The notes below the pieces were generated by a model. It was not told where the DNA came from. It saw only the letters and a program-made list of their open reading frames with translations, and searched no databases. Shown piece by piece: positions 57,683 through 64,000 of a DNA stretch of 64,000 bases. Source of the stretch: an uncultured bacterium (lineage in GTDB: Bacteria > Patescibacteriota > Microgenomatia > UBA1400 > MFAQ01); assembly GCA_963980225.1 (NCBI GenBank), contig CAXBYW010000002.1, positions 103,582 through 167,581 of the forward strand, written 5' to 3'. Numbering within the stretch: position 1 is the stretch's first letter; every line of letters starts with the position of its first letter. The position numbers and the translations under genes are program-made.

Positions 57683-58165
57683 ATGTATCAACAAATCTTT
57701 GAACTCCATGCGGATTTACTTAAGGCTTTGTCCCACCCCAAACGACTGGAGGTAGTTAACCTACTTCGAGATAAAGGTTTAAATGTAGGAGAGATGCAGG
57801 AAATGTTAGGGTTACCCCAGGCAAACTTGAGTCAACACTTAATGGTTTTACGTGAAGCAGGAGTGGTAGAGACAGAAAAAAAGGGCAAGGAAGTGTTTTA
57901 TAAACTGACTAGTAAGAATTTTGTTAAGGCCAGTGATTTACTTAGAGAAGTACTGATTAAGATACACAAAGATGATGACTTGGCGGATGAGTTAACTATA
58001 AAAATGAAGGATCTGGTGCCGGTAGTGGCGGATCCGGTTTGCAAGATGCGGGTATCCCCTAAGACGGCGGCCAGAGGATTTAAGTATGAAGGACAGACCT
58101 ACTATTTCTGTGCAAGTGGATGTTTGGAGAGTTTTAAAAAGAAGCCTAAAAAATATATTAATTAA
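57683..58165 (+). CDS. ArsR/SmtB regulator fused to a YHS domain
   Basis: KALSHPKRL...SQHL; DPVCKM...YYFCASGC. Confidence 0.9.
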   Translation: MYQQIFELHADLLKALSHPKRLEVVNLLRDKGLNVGEMQEMLGLPQANLSQHLMVLREAGVVETEKKGKEVFYKLTSKNFVKASDLLREVLIKIHKDDDLADELTIKMKDLVPVVADPVCKMRVSPKTAARGFKYEGQTYYFCASGCLESFKKKPKKYIN

Positions 58166-58175
58166 ATAATAAAAA

Positions 58176-58661
58176 ATGGATAAAAAAATAATAGCAGGTA
58201 TCGTGTTTGGAGTTTTGGTCTTGTTGGGAGGAACTGTCTTTTTGGCTACAAAAGTAAGTTCTCCTGCACAAATAGAGATGGTTCAAGGTGCTATGGTGGA
58301 AGTTGGTGAAACCGCATGGGAGTGGGGAGATATAGGAATAAGTGATGGTAAGGTAGAAAAAGAGTTTGAGATAAGGAACACCGGTTCTGAAACATTAAAA
58401 CTTTTTAATGTTGCTACTTCTTGTATGTGTACTACTGCAATGTTTGTAGATGATGAAAGTCGTATTTTTGGAATGCACACCAAGTCTGGCTATGCAAAAG
58501 AAGTCCCGGCAGGAGAAAGTGTTAAGGTCAGAGTGGTTTTTGATCCACTGTTTCATGGCCCAGATGGAGTTGGTCCTATTAGTCGTCAGGTTACCATGAT
58601 GACTAACGATTCTGAAAATAGCCAGTTAAGTTTTATGCTTACCGCTACGGTTAGAAAATAA
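58176..58661 (+). CDS. DUF1573 Ig-like membrane-anchored protein
   Basis: TSCMCT, FDPLFHGP.G.G. Confidence 0.8.
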   Translation: MDKKIIAGIVFGVLVLLGGTVFLATKVSSPAQIEMVQGAMVEVGETAWEWGDIGISDGKVEKEFEIRNTGSETLKLFNVATSCMCTTAMFVDDESRIFGMHTKSGYAKEVPAGESVKVRVVFDPLFHGPDGVGPISRQVTMMTNDSENSQLSFMLTATVRK

Positions 58662-58682
58662 TAATTATTAATATATTAAAGA

Positions 58683-59615
58683 ATGAATAAAAAAATAAAG
58701 AAAGTAATGCCAGTATTTATCATATTAATAGCTGTCTTAGGTGTGTCTATTGTCTGGGCAAGTTTGTTTGACGTTAAAATAAAAGCAAGTGACGGCTTAG
58801 TATCTTTGGTAAATCGAATTTACCCTACACCCACTCCCCTACCAGAACCAAGTATAGAAAACTTAGAAGTAGCAGTAGTACCAGAAGAAGGTTATGAAGT
58901 GAAGATCAACTGGGGTGATACGGGTAAGAAGCTGGTGAAGGCTGGTGGGATTGATATGGGTAAATTTGAGAAGAATTACTCGACTCCTAACTACGCGGAA
59001 CTTATGTCTTACTTAACTGAGAGTAAGGATAAGGGAATTAATATAAACAAAGAAAGCTCGTATTTTTGGGTAAACACTCTGTGGGCCCTGGGGTTAACGC
59101 AAAATTCCAAGGTGCTTTCTGAAGGGATTATGGGTACGGAGTATAAAGATAGACTGGCTAATTTTGCTTCTACTGGAGGCTGGACCTTGGGATCTAAGGC
59201 GGCAGTAGACCTTTATAGTTCTAGCAATATTCTTGATTTGGATGAGGCAGAGCAAGAGATGGTGAGTGAGATCACTTCTAATATATATAGACCTTGTTGT
59301 GGTAATCCCACCTCTTTCCCTGACTGTAACCACGGTATGGCTATTTTAGGATTAGTTGAGTTAATGGTAGACCAAGGTTTTAGTGAGGATGAGATTTACA
59401 AAGCCTCGCTGATGTTTAATTCGTACTGGTTCCCCCAGACATATATTGATCTGGCCTATTACTTCCAGACCGAAGAAAATACGTTGTGGGAAGAGTTAGA
59501 TGCTAAAGAGCTCTTGTCAGCTCAGTATAGTTCTGCACCCGGTTATCAGGCAATTAAAGAAAAAATAGGTGATGTTCCGGGAACGGAATCTAGAGGTGGA
59601 AGTTGTGGAGCTTAA
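58683..59615 (+). CDS. conserved Cys-motif membrane-anchored protein
   Basis: ASTGGWT, YRPCCGN, PDCNHG, C-terminal GSCG. Confidence 0.7.
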   Translation: MNKKIKKVMPVFIILIAVLGVSIVWASLFDVKIKASDGLVSLVNRIYPTPTPLPEPSIENLEVAVVPEEGYEVKINWGDTGKKLVKAGGIDMGKFEKNYSTPNYAELMSYLTESKDKGININKESSYFWVNTLWALGLTQNSKVLSEGIMGTEYKDRLANFASTGGWTLGSKAAVDLYSSSNILDLDEAEQEMVSEITSNIYRPCCGNPTSFPDCNHGMAILGLVELMVDQGFSEDEIYKASLMFNSYWFPQTYIDLAYYFQTEENTLWEELDAKELLSAQYSSAPGYQAIKEKIGDVPGTESRGGSCGA

Positions 59616-59630
59616 AAAATATAAAAAATT

Positions 59631-60344
59631 ATGAAAAACAAAATACTGTTGGTTTTAGGGTTAGTAGGGATACTAGGAGTTTGGTCTTTGAAAAAAACTA
59701 GTAAACTTCAAGACTCGTCTCCTAAGGTTGTTTCTTTGCAGTCACAAGACTTTGATGAATTGGTCGCTAGCAAAGATGTGTTCTTATTGGATGTTCACAC
59801 ACCAGAACAAAAACATATTGCAGGAACCGATGCTTTCATTCCCTATGATGACATAAAGGGAGGGTTGGGGCAGTTACCTGAGGATAAAAGTACCCCGATC
59901 TTGGTTTACTGTAGATCTGGTTCTATGAGCAAAAGCGCAAGTAAGGATTTGGTGGAGTTAGGTTATAGCGAGGTTTATGACTTGGTGGGTGGGATTAATG
60001 CATATAGGGAAACCCATGTTGGAGTAACTTTAATGCCAGAGACAGTTGAATTGGGAGAAGTGATTTACAAAGATGGAGCAAGTACAGAGTTTGTTTTGAC
60101 TAACAATACTCCCAATGAACTAAAAATAGAGAGAGTTACTGGGTCGTGTGCTTGCACCCAGCCAAGTATAGAAAAGGATGTCTTGGCTCCGTATGAGTCT
60201 ACTATCATTAAGGTTAAATTTGAACCTTCTGTTCATAAGGATGACTCGGATATAGGAGACTTAGTAAGACTGGTGTTTGTAGACACAGATAATGAGAATT
60301 TTGAGCACCTGGTAGGTAAGATTACGGCAAAAGTAGTAAAGTAA
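59631..60344 (+). CDS. rhodanese plus DUF1573 protein
   Basis: LLDVH, YCRSGSMS, L.GGI.A; SCACT. Confidence 0.85.
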   Translation: MKNKILLVLGLVGILGVWSLKKTSKLQDSSPKVVSLQSQDFDELVASKDVFLLDVHTPEQKHIAGTDAFIPYDDIKGGLGQLPEDKSTPILVYCRSGSMSKSASKDLVELGYSEVYDLVGGINAYRETHVGVTLMPETVELGEVIYKDGASTEFVLTNNTPNELKIERVTGSCACTQPSIEKDVLAPYESTIIKVKFEPSVHKDDSDIGDLVRLVFVDTDNENFEHLVGKITAKVVK

Positions 60345-60350
60345 TATTAG

Positions 60351-62531
60351 ATGATAAAAAAAAGTTTTTCGATTGTTGGAATGCACTGTGCTGGTTGTGC
60401 GTCGACTTTAACTAAAGCTATTGGTAAGGTTAAGGGTGTGAGTGAGGTACAGGTAACCTACGCCACTGATAAGGCTATTATTGCTTATGATGAGAAGAAG
60501 ATAGACTGGGAGGCTTTAAAAAAAGCGGTAGAAAGTGTAGGGAGCTACAAAATTGTTTTGGATGAGGAAAGAAAACATGAAGATCATGGAAACAACAAAA
60601 GACACGATCACGGTCAGATGTTGGCTGAGGACAAGTTCAAGACGTTACGGTATAAGGTGATTGTTTCTTTAGGTATATTCGCTATATTGTTTATTGGTTC
60701 TTTATTGGGTTGGATGTCGATGCAAGTAGCTTTTGTTTTGACAACAATAGTAATGTTTTATTCTGGAAGTGAGTTTTTTGTTAATGCCTGGGCTGGACTT
60801 TTAAATAAATCAGCTAATATGGATACCTTGGTGGCTATGGGGACGGGTTCTGCTTATGTCTACTCTGCCCTATCTGGAGTAATGTACTTTGAGACCGCTG
60901 TGGCGATTGTAGGACTTGTTTTGCTGGGGAGATATCTAGAGGCCAAAGCGAAGCTAAAGGCGGGTCAAGATATAAAAGAACTGCTTAAACTGCAGGCAAA
61001 AGAGGCAGTGTTGCTAGTTAACGGTAAGGAAGTTATGGTGGCGGTAGAAAACTTGAAATTAGGTGATGTTTTAGTGATAAAGCCAGGTAGTAAAGTAGCA
61101 GTAGATGGAGTAGTAATAGAAGGAAGTTCTTACATAGACGAGTCTCTGGTAACGGGAGAGAGTAAGCCAGTCAAAAAGAAAAAAGGAGACAAGCTTATTG
61201 GAGGTACGATTAACTTTAAAGGAAGGTTAATAATGAAGGTAACCCAAGTAGGAGCAGACACGGTCCTATCTAAGATTGCCACCATGGTCCAGGAAGCACA
61301 GAACAGTCAGGCTCCGATTCAGAAGTTGGCGGACAAGGTTTCTTCTATATTTGTACCTGTGGTGATACTCTTGGCGCTTAGCTCTTTTATGGTTTGGTAC
61401 TTTGTTTTGGGAGCTAGTTTTAGTACGGCCTTGACCTTTTTTATTACGGTGTTAATTATTTCTTGTCCATGTGCATTGGGTCTAGCCACTCCTATTGCTA
61501 TTATGGTGGGTACCGGAAGAGGAGCTTCTTTGGGGATCTTGATTAAGACGGCAGAGAAATTGCAGATAGCGGGTAAGGTTGATACTTTGGTGTTTGACAA
61601 GACAGGGACATTGACTAAAGGTAACTTTGTGGTAACTAATGTACTGGGAGTAAGTCCAGACTGGAGCAGAAAGAAATTACTTAAGCTAGCAGCTGGAATA
61701 GAAATAGGATCTGAACATCCGGTAGCAATGGCTATTTTAGAAGAGTCCGGAAAGATGAAGTTAGACAGACTAACGGGCTTTCAGGCCATAGAAGGAATGG
61801 GTGTAGAGGGAAAGTTATCGGACAAGAAAGTGGTGGTAGGAAATAAAAAATTGATGGATAAAAAAAGATACGTAATATCTAAAGACTTACACCTTAAGGG
61901 TGGGAAAATGATGAGTGAAGGAAAGACTGTGGTCTATGTGGGATTTGAAGGAGAAGTGGTTGGGGTGATGGCTTTAGCAGATGAGGCTAAGGAAGAAGCC
62001 CAGAAGACGGTTAAAGACCTGCAAATGAAAGACATTGATGTGTGGATGATGACTGGAGATAATGAAGAAACAGCTAAGGGAGTAGCAAAAAATTTGGGAA
62101 TTAAAAATGTATTGTTTGAGGTTTTACCTAAAGATAAAGTGAGTGAGATAAAGAAACTTCAGGATAAAGGAAAGCTTGTAGCAATGGTGGGAGATGGGGT
62201 GAATGACGCTCCGGCTTTGGCAAAGGCAGATATAGGGATGGCTATGGCAACTGGTACAGAGGTAGCTATGGAGACAGCGGATATATCTTTGGTTAGAGGT
62301 AAAGTAGAGCTAGTGAACCAAGCACTTCTACTGTCTAAGAAGACCATGAGGGTGATTTCCCAGAACTTGTTTTGGGCATTTGGGTACAACGTCCTACTTA
62401 TTCCGGTAGCTGCCGGGCTATTTGCACCTTTAGGAGTTAAGGTCTCCCCTATTTTGGCATCTGGAGCGATGGCGTTTTCTTCATTGTCTGTTGTCTTGAA
62501 TTCCTTGAGATTAAGAAGAATTAAGTTGTAG
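60351..62531 (+). CDS. copA: copper-translocating P1B-type ATPase
   Basis: GMHCAGC HMA, TGES, CPC, DKTGT, HP, GDGVND, YN and MAFSS. Confidence 0.93.
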   Translation: MIKKSFSIVGMHCAGCASTLTKAIGKVKGVSEVQVTYATDKAIIAYDEKKIDWEALKKAVESVGSYKIVLDEERKHEDHGNNKRHDHGQMLAEDKFKTLRYKVIVSLGIFAILFIGSLLGWMSMQVAFVLTTIVMFYSGSEFFVNAWAGLLNKSANMDTLVAMGTGSAYVYSALSGVMYFETAVAIVGLVLLGRYLEAKAKLKAGQDIKELLKLQAKEAVLLVNGKEVMVAVENLKLGDVLVIKPGSKVAVDGVVIEGSSYIDESLVTGESKPVKKKKGDKLIGGTINFKGRLIMKVTQVGADTVLSKIATMVQEAQNSQAPIQKLADKVSSIFVPVVILLALSSFMVWYFVLGASFSTALTFFITVLIISCPCALGLATPIAIMVGTGRGASLGILIKTAEKLQIAGKVDTLVFDKTGTLTKGNFVVTNVLGVSPDWSRKKLLKLAAGIEIGSEHPVAMAILEESGKMKLDRLTGFQAIEGMGVEGKLSDKKVVVGNKKLMDKKRYVISKDLHLKGGKMMSEGKTVVYVGFEGEVVGVMALADEAKEEAQKTVKDLQMKDIDVWMMTGDNEETAKGVAKNLGIKNVLFEVLPKDKVSEIKKLQDKGKLVAMVGDGVNDAPALAKADIGMAMATGTEVAMETADISLVRGKVELVNQALLLSKKTMRVISQNLFWAFGYNVLLIPVAAGLFAPLGVKVSPILASGAMAFSSLSVVLNSLRLRRIKL

Positions 62532-62533
62532 TG

Positions 62534-62617
62534 TGGTCCGGGCGGGAATCGAACCCGCACGAGATTGCTCTCAAGAGATTTTAAGTCTCTCGTGTATACC
62601 AATTTCACCACCGGACC
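62534..62617 (-). tRNA. tRNA-Leu(TAA)
   Basis: anticodon arm AGAGA-CTTAAAA-TCTCT; long variable arm. Confidence 0.95.
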
Positions 62618-62635
62618 TGTTGATGATATTTTACC

Positions 62636-63076
62636 CTATGTTCGGTTCTTGTTGGAGCGTTTGACTACTTTGGCGGTATAGACGATCTCCCTGACTTGCC
62701 CTTCTTCGTCTTCTAGTTGGTTGGTACCCGAGAGCTTGCCGTAGTTTTGTAGGTGGTTAGATAGGGTGTCTCTCATGGTTCTTAGTTGTCCTTGACCATC
62801 CTTAACGTCTGCGTATATTTTTTCGACTTCTGGTTGTCTAATTATTCTAGCTTTCTCCTCTTGTTTTTTCTTACTTAACTCTTTGGCTTGTTTGGCTGCT
62901 TCTTGGTAGTTGGGATCATTTTCTAGATTACTCTCCAGCATTTCCTTTTTACTTCTTAAGATTTCTTGGTGTTTCTCGATCTTGTCGATGTAGTTTAGAA
63001 CCAATCCTTCTAGAGCGACTAGGTCTGCGGCAGGATTACTGTTGTCTATGGTTGTCTGGTTGTCTGGTGTGGTCAC
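62636..63076 (-). CDS. hypothetical coiled-coil protein
   Basis: 146-aa ORF; ND..Y...LS..L..Y....G pattern. Confidence 0.65.
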   Translation of the reverse strand: MTTPDNQTTIDNSNPAADLVALEGLVLNYIDKIEKHQEILRSKKEMLESNLENDPNYQEAAKQAKELSKKKQEEKARIIRQPEVEKIYADVKDGQGQLRTMRDTLSNHLQNYGKLSGTNQLEDEEGQVREIVYTAKVVKRSNKNRT

Positions 63077-63171
63077 AAGGAGTAACTATAGTGGGGGAAA
63101 CGACTTGAATCAAGGGTTAATTTTAATCCAAGACTAGACTTTAATTGTGAACGTAGTTAAACTGAAAGAAG

Positions 63172-64000
63172 ATGAAAAATTTGAGAAACTCTTTTTTAGC
63201 GAGAGTGATTTTTGTTATGGTGGTTGTTTCTTTGGTGTTTGAGCCTTTACTTTCTTTTGTCTTTCCTCCTGAAATTTATGCATATCTAGCTACCGGTGGA
63301 ACTATTACCACGAGTGGAGAGTATGTGATTCATACTTTTACTAGTAGTGGGACCTTTACTCCAGGAAACTCTGTGAATGTTGAATATCTTGTAGTTGCTG
63401 GTGGCGGTGGTGGTGGCTGGGCTTATGGCGGTGGTGGCGGTGGTGGCGGTGTACTTGAAGGTGTGGGTAGAGTTATTTCTTCTGGCGGCAAACCTGTCGT
63501 AGTTGGAAGCGGTGGTTCAGGTGGGTGGCGCGATAACCACTTAGCTACAAGTGGTGAGGATTCAACCTTTGACGGATTGACAGCCGAAGGTGGTGGACAC
63601 GGTGGTGATTCCCGAACTACTGCCGGATCTACTGGTGATTCTGGAGGTACCGGTGGTGGTGCACGTGATGGTGCTGGCGCTGGTGGGGCAGGCTCTCAAG
63701 GCGGCAATGGTGGAACAGGTGGATCTGAAGATGGTTATCAAGGTGCCGGTGGTGGTGGTATGGGGCAAAATGGATACTCCAATACTTACGGAAGTGACTT
63801 AAGGGCTCACGGTGGAGACGGCATCGCCAATGATATCTCAGGCGTATCCACATATTATGGTGGTGGTGGTGGTGCTGGAGAGTATTCAGCAGACCCATAC
63901 GGAGCAGGACTTGGTGGGCTCGGCGGCGGCGGCAATGGTTCCAGGTACAGCGGTACTGACGGTGAAGCCAATACGGGTGGTGGTGGTGGTTCTGCTGGAT
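63172..64000 (+). CDS. secreted glycine-rich domain protein (runs off the window)
   Basis: signal peptide; ATGGTITTSG..IHTFTSSGTF; YLVVAGGGGGG; open to the window end. Confidence 0.8.
   Translation, partial: MKNLRNSFLARVIFVMVVVSLVFEPLLSFVFPPEIYAYLATGGTITTSGEYVIHTFTSSGTFTPGNSVNVEYLVVAGGGGGGWAYGGGGGGGGVLEGVGRVISSGGKPVVVGSGGSGGWRDNHLATSGEDSTFDGLTAEGGGHGGDSRTTAGSTGDSGGTGGGARDGAGAGGAGSQGGNGGTGGSEDGYQGAGGGGMGQNGYSNTYGSDLRAHGGDGIANDISGVSTYYGGGGGAGEYSADPYGAGLGGLGGGGNGSRYSGTDGEANTGGGGGSAG

Noticed and set aside
57509-57709. 66-aa minus-strand ORF as an independent gene
   Set aside because: It overlaps the arsR start and promoter; better explained as a start-less recombinase tail downstream of the GCTC core.
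63400-64000. GGT-rich repeats and the His/Thr-rich antisense ORFs (63562..63898)
   Set aside because: Explained by glycine codons of the plus-strand secreted protein; the antisense ORFs are shadows.

Overview
Chromosomal window of a CPR/Patescibacteria-type bacterium (Microgenomates-like: reduced ThrS, PheT and trigger factor, a large type IV pilus cluster, many leaderless genes). Housekeeping blocks (pilB/T/C/D plus pilins plus pilMNO, rpsP-rnc-nusB-rpmF-recG, PBP1A, pheST-rplT-rpmI-infC-thrS, tig, typA, Pif1, a copA operon) alternate with three accessory islands anchored at the 3' ends of tRNA-His(GTG), tRNA-Arg(TCG) and tRNA-Gly(TCC). Each island is associated with a large serine recombinase (LSR) gene pointing back into the tRNA. 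The main discovery is two integron-like tandem arrays of single-gene cassettes, at 27.46-32.2 kb and 40.5-43.3 kb. The repeats that delimit the cassettes (i) end in the same short core as the tRNA 3' end, (ii) carry a copy of the tRNA T-loop motif displaced by exactly 5 bp, the attP-versus-attB offset described for LSRs, and (iii) encode start-less 31-37 aa peptides conserved at protein level and in frame with the recombinase C-terminus. The tRNA-Gly island carries a diversity-generating retroelement (TR/VR with 21 adenine-only differences, GAA-loop hairpin, inverted avd, truncated RT) that targets the C-terminus of a MoxR AAA+ ATPase in a vWA/HEPN operon. Three abrupt gene-fusion junctions may be real deletions or assembly artefacts. 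All product calls come from motif recognition by eye; no database searches were run.
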